DNA of 64,000 nt from Antedon mediterranea (Eukaryota > Animalia > Echinodermata): NCBI RefSeq assembly GCF_964355755.1, contig NC_092675.1, forward strand, positions 6,877,812 through 6,941,811. The letters run 5' to 3'. The translations under genes were made by a program, and so were the position numbers. Positions 52,530-64,000 of this stretch are shown here, in pieces. The notes below the pieces were generated by a model. It was given only the letters and a program-made list of their open reading frames with translations. It was not told the DNA's origin and did no database searches. Every line of letters begins with the position of its first letter. Positions within the stretch are counted from its first letter, which is position 1.

Positions 52530-54548
52530 TCACTCTGGTTCTGAAATAATTCTCATGTCGATATATGCTTGGCGAAGACGTTTAACGAATCTTCCATCTC
52601 CCATAAATAAGGTTTTACAATACGCTGTGTCCTGTTTCGATAGGTTTTGTGGTATTCGTCTTTTCTCGGTTCCATCACTTGAGGTCACATATTCAACGCA
52701 CATAGTTGATATGTCGTCTTGACGTTTTCTAAATTCTTCAAGTTCTCTATCGAACTGTTGCCTATTTGCGTTCACCTTTCTCCAGAATGTTTCATTGAAA
52801 TGGTTATATAATTTGACATCATACCGATTCCATATTTTCATTTTTTCTCGCATTTCCGGTGTTACAACAAAACGTTTTGTGTCTTTTCTTGCACCTTTTT
52901 TAAGATATAAAATATCTTCATATTGTAAGCATAATGTTTGTTTAAGTAATATTAAAGATTCATCGTAATATTCCATGATCATGACTAAATCGAATTCATG
53001 TTCTAATTGATGTATTTTGTAATTCAACGTTGGTTCATCACTTAAAAAGTTATGATCTAATCCAAGATCGAACAATTGGCCATTTGATGCAAGATGTGAC
53101 ATGAAAAAAGGTTTTTCAAAATAACTTTCCGGATCTTCCATAAAAATCTCAAACGCATTAGGTTTATCTTCTAATCCCCAACCTTTGGCCAATTCAAAGT
53201 ATCCAAAAGCAGATTCAAGTTGATCTGAAGGTTCTCTTAGGATTGTTATAAACTTAGCATTTGGAACCACTGCATCCATCTCAATTCGGTTGTATCGTGC
53301 GTGGTTAGCAATAATGTTAATTCCTGTTACCATCTTTCCATTATACGTTGATCCAAGCTGTAATTCGGTAACCATAGACCTATTGAATAAGTCAGTTGTT
53401 GAAAATATATGTCCTGTTTTAGGAAGAGCGAATATTAGAGAATGTTTGTGGCCATATCGTTCAAATAAGGTTCCTGTAGTCGTACTTCCAGTCTTGTGGG
53501 TTTTCACGTAAACAATTTGTTTTACCGGTTCACATGCCGCATGATTAAAGCTGGCATGAGTATGAATATTTTTAATTTTCTTCTTTTTTGCAAATCTGTA
53601 ATTATAGATTGTTATTTAATCATCAGAGTGTATTATGTCGGTAAACAATTATTATAAATACTGTTATTGTTCCCCGGCTAATAACACTTTACATGCGCAT
53701 GGCAGAACCGTCGACGCAACGACTCACATGACGTAAACATACTGTACCAGATAATAGTTTAATAGTTCCTCCATTTTATGCGAAGCGATCTGAATTCATG
53801 TTTGATTTTGATAACGTCATCATATAAAAAAATGTAAACATATTTGTGTCCCTTAATTTCACCTATGCTACCCTGAATACAAATATACAGTATAATACTA
53901 TATTATATCCCTATGACATTATGATAGCAGAACTCAGCATCAATATAAGCGTAGGCCTATTTATACATATTGATGCATTTTTAAAATTAAATTAATGTTG
54001 GTAAAATTATCTTTTATCAGAATGATCACCTAATTCGTCAAAGTGACGAATTAAATTCTAGTTAATATTACATTGTTACACTTACTATTAATAATAGTTA
54101 TAGTGTATTTAAATGTAGAAACAGAACATTCGATTGCACTAGTTCAGATTAAAAACGTTGTAAGCCTATGTCATTGAAGTTCGTATAACTAACTACCGGT
54201 GTCCATGTTCTCCTGAAGAAGGCTAATGAATGGAAATTAGGTCTACGGTACGCTTTCATGGTAGAAATTGTTAAAAAGTTTAAGACTAAAATATTGGTAG
54301 TTTTTTCGGCAGACATAAAACACTAAAATGAATCGGCATCCATTTTGAACTTAAATTAAAAAACAACAATATCAGAAGTTCAAGTTGACTCTAATCAAAC
54401 ACGAAATTGTAAATTCCAAATAGGTTTGGATTTTTTCGAAATAAACTTACCCTTCTGTTAACTGTCGATCTAAAATTAATACAGACACTAGAAGTAATGT
54501 AGATGTTACGAAAAATGTATAAAATAGTCCTTTCTTAATCGCGATCAT
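52530..54548 (-). CDS. Galactose-3-O-sulfotransferase-like (copy 3)
   Basis: Exon 1 54548-54451 (MIAIKKGLFYTFFVTSTLLLVSVLILDRQLTE, GTAAGT donor, phase 2) plus exon 2 53595-52530, in frame. Confidence 0.92.
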
Positions 54549-55359
54549 CGTGGTATTTGTGTTTTATTAACTAAAGCGTATAGTAGAAATGGACGTCTGA
54601 TGGTTTATCCGAACACTTAACTAACACTCTTTAACAATAGTCGAAACAGTTGGATACGATTGATCACCTTCGATGACGTCATAATGGGTTTTACTCGACA
54701 TGCAAATCGAATTATTCATCTGTACATGATAGGTAAACACAATATCAGAATACGTGTTTTTCATTCGCCAGATTAGGATTCGGGAAACTGGGATAGGTGA
54801 ATGATTCACTCAAAATAGCGGTCAAGTAGGCCTATTATTAAAGTCAAACAACATGAACCAATGTGAATGTGAATTTATATAAAGTTTGCGGTATATTAGA
54901 CTTGAAAAGAACTGTTGAGTTTGAGAACTAGTATACGTGGTGTACCTCAACAAACTTTATATCAACATTTGATTTCGCTATGCAAACAAGATGATTAAGA
55001 TAATGTAGATATAAACGTTTATGGTACACCATGACCTATATCAAAGTAAATTGATCGAAACGTCAAGAAACTCAAAAGTTCTTTTCAGAACTGTATATAG
55101 ATGATCACAACAAAGATATTTATTCTGACTCTCTTACATGTTTTTATTCCACTAAAAGGCATTCTTAAATGTCCGCAAAAGGGAAAAAAAATTAAAATGC
55201 TTACAATTGAATTATAATTACTAAATAATATCGTGCCTACACATCTACAATTGTAGACTGAAACATAATTATGTAACAGCTGGTGGCGTCATTGAAGATG
55301 AGAAACGCATTTATTATTGTCCTACAGTAACAACGTACTGTGGGATACAATTGACAATT

Positions 55360-56040
55360 ATATTTCTTAAGTGTCAACTCCTGTACCTAGTCCACTTAAG
55401 AAAGCCATTAATTAGCGCTAATTAACATTATAATTAGCATAATCGAGTACATCAATATAACCTTCGGCAATAAAATAAGTACGTTTAGCCAACCGAAAAA
55501 ACGTAATTCTTAAGTGCTAAATCCTTTACCATGACCCCTTGAAATGGTCAAAGGTTTAATGTCTTTTCCACCTGGACTTAATTAAAATAATGAGTACACA
55601 TGTGAAACCAATGCTAAAATGTTTATTTTTAGAGTTTAATTGAAGATCTATCATTCTTAAGTATCAACTCCCCTGTACCTAATCTGCTTAAGAAAGTAAT
55701 TAATTAGTGGTCATTAAAAGTAGCATGATCAAGTACATCGATGAAACCTTGGAAAGTACAATAAGTAAGTTTAACCAACTGAGAAAAGGTAAGGTGCCAA
55801 ATCCTGTACCATGACCCCTTAAGAAAGGGTCATAGGTCAATGTATGTCCCACCTGAACTTTAATTAGCATAGTGAGTAGTATATAGGTTCCGGCCGGTTG
55901 CCACATGGCCTTTTGCCAGCCTTTCGCCACCCGGTTTTTCGACACCGGCCCATTTCCACCCAGTCCATTTTGCCACTCGGGCTTTTGCCACCCGGCCTTT
56001 TGCCACCCGGCCTTTTGCCACCCGGCCTTTTGCCTCCTGA
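55360..56040. repeat. Diverged ~300-bp tandem pair followed by a 15-bp tandem repeat (CCGGCCTTTTGCCAC)n
   Basis: 55360-55600 resembles 55655-55880. The 15-mer array at 55890-56035 resembles MULE-type subterminal repeats. Confidence 0.7.
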
Positions 56041-56464
56041 TCTGAGAGTGTTATTTGCCCTTAGGCCTGCAATTAAATTAAAATAAACGCAAGATTAAAA
56101 TGTGTAAATCATTTTAATTTATAAATTGCTTTTCTATGGTGGTATAGACCCAGATGTTTAAAGTTTTCCGATAATTGTTAAAGTAGACCACCTTGTTTAC
56201 CACTTAATTTGTATTTTATCCAAATAAATGTATACAATTTCGTTACTGATTTCATGAGGACAAAAGCCTATGATATACAGAATCTTCAATTGGCTGTCAC
56301 AAAACAATTCGTAAAAACAACTGTTTAATTAACATTTATCAGTAGCATATGGTAGAATTACTATAGAGGATTTTTTTTCATTCAGAAACAATGTACCAAC
56401 AAAAAAACAACGTACTGTGGGATACAATTGACAACTAGATTTAATTCGTCACTATGACGAATTA

Positions 56465-58846
56465 TAGGTTATATGCATTGATTTAAATAAAGATAATTGA
56501 TTGATTTAAGATATTTTGATTGATTGATTTTCTCAGAATCTTTAGTTATTTATAATATATGATAGGATCTTGCTAACGCAAATACAATAGCCGGTATCAT
56601 AATCCGATCAAAGATCCTTCTGCGTATATAATGTCATAAACCACATTTTGTGTTTTTAAATAAATTTCATTATAAATCATCTGTATAATCTATACACTAA
56701 GAAATAAAATTGAACAAACAATACGGATAATAAAAAAAAAACTTATTTCGTTTCGTTTCCCAAGGTGAGACTCGATCTCGGTACCTTGAATGCCATAGAC
56801 ACGAGCACAGACCACCGAGCGGGCCGCGATTTTTTTTTTCGTACATAAGTTGAGGACCCCTCATGAAACGTCACAAAATAAACATGAATAATTCATCAGT
56901 TAAATTTGTTGTTCCATGTGCACCCAAGCGTATAGCAACAAGAAGTGATTACACAACTGCGATACGATACTTTCTACAGTAGGCCTAGGATTCTAAGTCA
57001 ATTCACGTGATTGCCTTCGCGCACTCTTCTTCACACAAAATGTGTCGAGTCGAGGCTAATCGACAGCTAGGCAAGACATTAAACTAAGTAGTAATTCATT
57101 GGACATAGCGCAAAGAAAGCTTAGACCCACAAGAATAAAGAATGTGTATAATTTATGTACTGTATTTTTTTAATTCTGCTATTTTATTATCAAACAATAT
57201 GCATGTACTCAAAGGAACTTTAAAAATGCGCGTATATGAACACATGAGATGGGAAGATTTGACCCACGAGAATAAAAAATGTATTTTTGTGTAATGTTTA
57301 TTGTTTAATTTTGCTGACTTATTACTTGGATTGTGTCATACCAAAGATAGTGTAACTATCTTTGGTCATACCTAACACACACAGTCACACACACCCACAC
57401 AGCTACTACTAGAATAGACATGGCATGGGTTTAGAGACTAATAATTAGGCCTAATTAGTAATAGTATTAATAGAAACTATAATTTTAACACGTAATTCTT
57501 TAGTAATAAATTATATTAAAAACACCATAAACTAAAGGCTGATTATTTCGAAAATCCACACAAAACGCCGCTATTCTTCTATGAAATCGCACGCCGCAAC
57601 AACAGCGGAGATAGGCCTAGAATCGTAACGCACTTGAGTAATCACTTCTTGTTGCTATACGCTTGGGTGCACACGGAACAAGAAAATTTAACTGATGAAT
57701 TATTCATGTTTATTTTGTGACGTTTCATGAGGGGGTCCCCAACTTATGTACGAAAAAAAAAATCGCGAGCGGGCCACCGAGCCATACACAACTGACTAGA
57801 AGTTGTAGAAAGATTCTTCCATGTATTTACTATGCAGTGACCACTTTGGTGAAGATAGATTATTACATACCGCAATGAATTATAATTTTTTACTATGATG
57901 ACATCTTTAAAAATTAAAAAACATGATGCACTGTCAAACTATATACTTTTAACTTTAATATATGAACTTCTTAAGGAAGAAAGTTAATGTTAAGTTTGTT
58001 ATTTCGGCCTAAGAAAATGTTATAATTTGTTTGATTGTCAAAATTAATTTTTTTTAATTTAATATGCCATTAATGATTACTTATTCAACTTTTTTTCTCC
58101 TAATTTCATAATAAATCATACATATGATACATACACTTCAAGAAAATGAAATAAAAAATAGGTGTTCCCGAGCATTCTAACGATATATATTAATTTTAAA
58201 ATTTAGCATATTTTCACCATTTTGTTAACTTACACGTGCGTAGCCTGTCACTTTTGACGTGCTCGTATAACGCTGTTTCGCGTTGAAAAGTGAATAAAAT
58301 ATGATGATATTATTAAAGAAAGGTTATACAACAGTAATCGGACAAAAAAAAGTGCGCATTAACGTTTGACGCGCAGTGCGCGTGCAAAAATCTGCGCACT
58401 CATGGTAATTTTTTAAACGCTTAAAATTGCCTGAAACGTACTCTAATTTCATCGAAAATAAATTCTGACAATTTTGAAAATTTTAAGCGCGCGTACGCAT
58501 GCGTTATATGCGCTACGCACGTAATTGTATTGCCATATGATGAAATATGACCTGAAATTTATGAGTACCAAATTTTGTTTAAAAATGATTCATGCTTGTG
58601 AAGATATGATTACAAACGTGATTTCGTTAAATCGCGCGTAGACCACGTAATGTTTGATTGCGCACCGTGAAAACATAACCACATCGATTCCTGGCCATAA
58701 GGAATATACTCTGAAAAATTGACTTAGCTAGATGAAACTGATATCAAGATAATTCACGGACAAAATAGTGCTAAGGAAAGAATAAATAAACAAAGATTTT
58801 GACAGAATCAAGAGGTTATATGCATGATAATGCATATAACCTAATT
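56465..58846 (+). mobile_element. Helentron/DINE-like non-autonomous element carrying a tRNA-like sequence
   Basis: 5' subterminal TAGGTTATATGCAT. 3' end AGGTTATATGCAT-GATA-ATGCATATAACCTA, which is both a stem-loop and the inverted partner of the 5' motif. Confidence 0.55.
56821..57773. mobile_element. Non-autonomous DNA transposon with ~130-bp TIRs and a 9-bp target-site duplication (Mutator-like)
   Basis: 56825-56952 is the near-perfect reverse complement of 57638-57767. Flanked by CCACCGAGC at 56812-56820 and 57774-57782. Confidence 0.85.
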
Positions 58847-60017
58847 ATATTGGAAAAGCAGATAAAACAGTAACGGTACGTTCAAGCTTCTGCTGCTATG
58901 GTGTGTTCCGTAACTGTCAGAAAAAAATATATTGTATTCAATTGCCGTCTACGCCATGCCATACGCAATCAAAATAGTAAACTGAGCTAAATAAACCATG
59001 GTATGCCAGAATTCTTGGATTATTTTAAGAGATATGAACACATTAGAAATGTTCTAAATTATAATGTGCGATTCATATATTAAGGTATCAATATCATTGT
59101 GTGCTATGAATTACATTTCCACAGATATTGCTGGGAAAAAACAACTATACCGATGTACAATGATAAGGTAAAATGATATCATAAATGATTATTTGAATAT
59201 CAATGTATTGGTATTTCTATATTAATCTGATCATAACACTATGTATAAAGGTAAACTAATAGAAATAATAATATTTAAAATATAAAAATATGTAAAAAGC
59301 AGAAAATAAGGAAAAGGGTATAAAAGTTAATAGATATTATATGAAGAATTTATGTATGATCATAGATCTCTATGGTATGATTGAATGAATAAAGGTTCAA
59401 AATGTATAAAAAAACAAATAAATCTAAACTTATTTCTCCATGGACTGATAATATAGTAGAATAATAATACATGACCTACAAAAATCACAACGCTTGATTA
59501 GATCTATTCTTAATCCATGATTAGATTGACAATAAGCAGGAATAACAACAGAGAAACAATATCCTGAATAACACCTAAAACCACTTGAAAGGGTAATGTT
59601 GATTATTAATAATATAATAAAACCGATCATGCAAGAATTAAAGAGCTCCACCGTTGAAATATTACCATTAAAACTGTTGATGGCGATAAGATTTAGGGTT
59701 CACCAATTAAGTAAAAAATTGGGTACCACCGTAAATAAAGATTTTAAGGTTTAGAAAGAAATATTTCTATTTGAGAACCGGTACCAATTGGAATAGAAAA
59801 AAATAACAAAAAAATAACATGTTGATGGCTGTAAAAAGCAGGGTTTTTTAAGTTAAAAATTTGGAAACAGGGTACCGTAAACAGATTTTTTGGTTTAGTG
59901 TAGAAAGAAAGATTTCTAATTAATTAATGATAAATTGAGAATGTTATTATTGAGGAAGGAAGGAAATTTACAAGCGTTAAGGGTAACCGGAAACCGCGTA
60001 GCTTGTTCCATACCATT

Positions 60018-60475
60018 GCTTGTGCCATACTGCTTTGAAACACCGGTTCTCCGAAGTTAAGCAACGTTGGGCCCGGTTGCGTTCTGGATGGGAGACCGTC
60101 TAGAAATAGCGGCGGTTGCTGTATATACTGGAGAGTGATGGTGTAATGGTAATATCGGACTAGCATGTGATATTATTTGAATATCAATATTAATGTATTG
60201 GTATTTCTATATTAATCTGATCATAACACTATGTATAAAGGTAAACTAATACAAATAGTAAACTAATAGAAAAATAAAGGTAAACTAATAGAATGGGTTC
60301 GAGGTTATCTGTACCATATTAATTGCATCCTTAGGCAAGATGCTTTACTCTCATTTCCTCGTCCTTCGGATGGGATGTAAAGCCGTTGGTCATCGTGTAC
60401 TTAACAGTGCACGTTTAAAGAACTTGGTACACTATTCGAAAAGAGTAGGTCGATCGTCTCCCGGTGTGCTGATCT
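60018..60475 (+). mobile_element. 5S rRNA + tRNA chimeric-head Deu/Nin SINE, 3'-truncated and interrupted
   Basis: 60018-60123 aligns by eye to 5S rRNA (GCCATAC...GAAGTTAAGCA...GGATGGGAGACCG...GCTGTA). Then an A box, an insertion at 60173-60292, a B box, and the Deu/Nin core. Confidence 0.8.
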
Positions 60476-61236
60476 CATGGTAGAATGACTATAGAGGAAT
60501 TTTTTTCATGCAGAAACAATGTACCAACAATGGAGTATGAATAATTATTAATGAATGAATAATTTTGCTATTGGTGAAACACATTGTCCTGTTATACCTC
60601 AATTATGTCTGTTTGTATAGCAGTCAATGTATGCACGATGAATGTTTGTATGTTTGTGAATATCTTATAATGGTAGTGGGATAATTCGGACCTGCGACTA
60701 TTCGGCCCTGAGGCTATTCGGTCCGGGGGACGATTCGGTCATGGGCTGTTCGGTCCGGGACGATTCAGCCCTGAGACGAATTTAGCGGCTTTGATATCCA
60801 TTTTCTAAACATACATTACATTATTTTGCATTTATCTTGACCGTATTTTAATATTATATTAATGATGTTTATTTTTTAGCCACGTAAACTGTGTGAACGA
60901 TGTAAACAAGTTACGCCCTCATAAGCATCATCATCATTTCAATCTTGACCTAATAGGCCTAATGAATTATAATAAACAATTAAACAACACTTTCAGTTTT
61001 AATTAAGATTAAATGATAATATTATCTAGAAAAGTTTAAATAATTGAAAACAACATAAAAAGACAAATGCATAAGACGCAAAAATTTAAACGATTTATTA
61101 AAACGGAATGGTACTACATTGCAATAATTACTCTTTATCTTTAATTATTTAATTATGATATTATACATTGTAATAAAGAATGGAAATAAAAGTGACTAAG
61201 TCAAAAAACAAAAACCGAATCGTATTATTGTACTTA

Positions 61237-63964
61237 TCATTTTGGGAAATTTAAAGATGAAAATGAGAATTTTGTATCATTCAAAATATGTACAAGTTTC
61301 TGTTCATAAGGTCGATACAATTCTTGCAATAATATTCTAGTTTCCTGAAGCATATCTGGATACTTTCTGCTGTTGACTGGTCGTTTTTCACTTGTATTTA
61401 TTTCATATGGAGCTACAAAATAAGAATAAAAAGGATTCAAACACAAACACGTAGGCTCGGACTATGTTGGCACGAATCCATACCCCTATTTTGATTCGAG
61501 ACAGTTGACAGAAAGTCGGAATAAACATTAATCTAGGCATGCGTATAAGTATACTACGTACTGATATAGACCGTATTTTGTCGGTCCATGCCATCGCGTC
61601 GCGTGTAAGCAACATTTTATTATTCTCAATGTGCAAATCACATACTTACACAATTCAAGAAACTGAAATATATCCCTCAATGTTCTGACAGGCTGATTCC
61701 TCAATTCTGTTAATGTCAAAATATACAACTGATTTCGAGGAAACACATCGAGCCAATCTTTCATAAATATACTGTACATTCCAAGTGGTAGCTTATCAAG
61801 GTAACCATGAGAATGACTCTAAAAAAGAAAAATTTAAGTTAATAACTGGAGCCTACCTGTCGATGTATACACTGTTCAAGTGAACGTTTACCTTTTCAAA
61901 CAACATATAAAGAATATGTATTGTTACAATACAATATACAAATTGCAGGTTTAAAAATGTGTGAGGAAGACACATACGCCAATACGCATTGTTTGATCAT
62001 TGATAGCTTGGTTCCCACTAAGCAACGCAATGGCGTAAGCACAATCACGATGATCTTTACCTTACAGAATTCTAAATGATGTACACAATAATATGGCGAA
62101 TGTATCAGAAGACATCTTTTAAAACAGTCAATAGCTTCCACCGTCTGATTATGGAAGTCTGTGGGTGATCCCTTCGTCCTTCCATACGGAGAATAGTTGT
62201 ACCCGGAATAATATCGATCCACAGGGTCTCTTAAGATAATTATAATTTTAGCATTTGGAGTAGCAGAGTACAAGAGTTTTGGAATTGTCATGGAAAATTG
62301 TTCATCAATCAATTCGTATTTGCTGAAGAAGTTTCCAACGGTCCCATAACTGGTACTAACAGAGGCGTCACCAAACACTTTTGGATGGAAAGACTTGTAT
62401 CTGTTACTTTTGACAATCTCTTTTACAGCGCCTTGTGTACGGTAAAAATGGAGATACCACTCGATACTGGACTGAGGTTTTCCAATTGTATTTGTTGTTT
62501 TGGAAGCTAAACAAAAATATACAGTATTCTTTTATGTAAGATTGTGTTACTGAACTTTTAACTTGCTTGGTAATAATACTTTTCAGACACTTAACAACAC
62601 ACATGTCACGAAAAGAAAGGTCACTGTAGATAACATATCAAATTAAACACAGTTAGATGATTTTTTTTGTGTAAATTACTCTTGTATTCCATTAAAGATG
62701 TATTGTCCCCCTGAAAAAATAATTCTCGAACAATTTTTGTTGAATATTCCATTTTAATGTAACATAATAGTTATCCACTTTGACAAAAATTAGATCGAAA
62801 ACAAATGTATTTAATTGAAATTTTTTAATTTAAAGCAAAAAATTGTCAAATTGGCTGCCAGCCAATGGATTTTTGGTTGGATTTAACCATTTATTTTGTT
62901 ATTTTACAAGTGAAAACATTATTTTTTTCGTTATTTTTCTATGGAAGTGATTGACTTTATTAAAACTACAAAATAACATAATTAATCTTCAATATTCATG
63001 TTTTTGGGGGACAATACATCTTTAAAGTAGGCCTACCAGATAAACGAATGATGTGTAAACATCAGTCCGTAAACTGCATTGTTATAAGCAAACATTTCAA
63101 AGTATGTATACAGACAAATGACCCTTCACGTTTTTACTTTCAGCCTTGCAGGGTCAAACTGGGCATATGCCTTTATAAAGCTACCTCTCTAAAAAAACAT
63201 TGAAAACACCATATATATATAATTATATTTATCTAACAAAAATGGCTCTGAAATAGAAAGTGCAGTAAAGCCAAATTAGGTAGGTCCGTGATTAAAAGTA
63301 TGTTTCAAGTTTCAATCTGTAGGTAGGCCTACAAATAGTATTACTTCTAGGAAAATCGTCACACTGATCTTTAAAAAACATTGAAAACACCATATATATA
63401 TAATTATATTTATCCAACAAAACTTTTATATGAATTTTATATAATCATTGTAAATTTTTAAGCCTTTAATATTTTTTATGTCATTTGAATATTTAATATT
63501 TTATGTGTTGTACTGTATGTTTGTTTTATCGAGGGCCCTGAATGATCAGTTCTATTAGGAACTGGATAGGCTACCCTCAGTAAATATGGTAATAAATAAA
63601 TAAATAAATAAACAAAAATGGCTCTGAAAAATATACCTTCTTTTTGGCATGTTGGTAGTTTCTCTGTGCCATACTGTCTCCATGGCCACCAATGAGGTTC
63701 TTTGCAAACTTCTATCACATCTGGATGTTTTATAATTTTATACCAAAGGTCTGTAGTACCACACTTAGGAAACCCAGCAATGTAGAAATAGGGTAGGCAC
63801 ATTGGTTTGTCATCTTTATTGTACCAGCACGGTGCTTTAAAATCAGGATGGAAAGTCTCAGGAATAACTGCGTACACTTTTCGTTCATGCTTCAGTGAAT
63901 CGCTGATTACTACTTGCTTTTTAAATGCAGAATTACTTACTATTAATAATGTTGTAGGAAATCT
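61237..63964 (-). CDS. Carbohydrate sulfotransferase 15-like (GalNAc4S-6ST family); 5' exon(s) beyond the window
   Basis: Exons 63964-63637, 62506-62061, 61818-61650 and 61412-61237 join in frame. Motifs FKAPCWY, CLPYFYIAGFPKCGTTDLW, HPDV..KEPHWW, FGDAS, AKIIIILRDPVDRYYSGY, GMYSIFMKDWLDVFPRNQ and LLQELYRPY. Confidence 0.9.
62696..63021. mobile_element. Kolobok-like MITE with TTAA target-site duplication
   Basis: TTAA|AGATGTATTGTCCCC...GGGGACAATACATCT|TTAA. Confidence 0.85.
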
Positions 63965-64000
63965 CTGATAAAAAATCAAATAAATTATAGAGATAAAACA

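Noticed and set aside
47024-53511. Repeated + strand ORFs (47024-47377, 51255-51581, 53290-53511)
   Set aside because: They are antisense shadows of the conserved sulfotransferase exons.
55898-56086. PPGLL-repeat ORF
   Set aside because: It is the translation of a 15-bp tandem repeat of probable transposon origin.
56758-57790. Functional tRNA gene
   Set aside because: Only the A/B boxes are recognisable, the cloverleaf is not convincing, and it is split by a transposon.
60018-60123. Functional 5S rRNA gene
   Set aside because: It has an internal deletion and many substitutions, has no T-run terminator, and is fused to tRNA-like and Deu sequence. It is a SINE head.

Overview
AT-rich, intron-containing animal genomic DNA from a marine-invertebrate-like genome. 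The TAGGCCTA-rich tracts and Deu/Nin-domain SINEs suggest a deuterostome such as an echinoderm, which is inference only. From left to right the window holds: (1) a spliced single-MAM-domain gene (-); (2) a ~1-kb tandem duplication carrying a small secreted 6-Cys peptide gene, with one copy disrupted by a 3'-truncated BEL/Pao LTR retrotransposon; (3) a tandem family of 9-exon genes that I reconstructed by hand, encoding signal peptide + atypical F-type lectin domain + 4 EGF + PAN/apple domain (two intact copies, one internally deleted pseudogene); (4) a near-perfect 2407-bp tandem duplication between the two intact copies; (5) an uncharacterised 2-exon gene (+) convergent with a CCDC24 orthologue (-); (6) a galactose-3-O-sulfotransferase cluster with three catalytic exons and three signal-anchor exons that do not pair one-to-one; (7) a CHST15-like sulfotransferase running off the right edge. 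Intergenic and intronic DNA holds many MITEs, foldbacks, Helentron-like elements, LINE fragments and a 5S+tRNA+Deu chimeric SINE. No prokaryotic systems or CRISPR arrays were seen. All family assignments come from motif recognition by eye, not from database searches.
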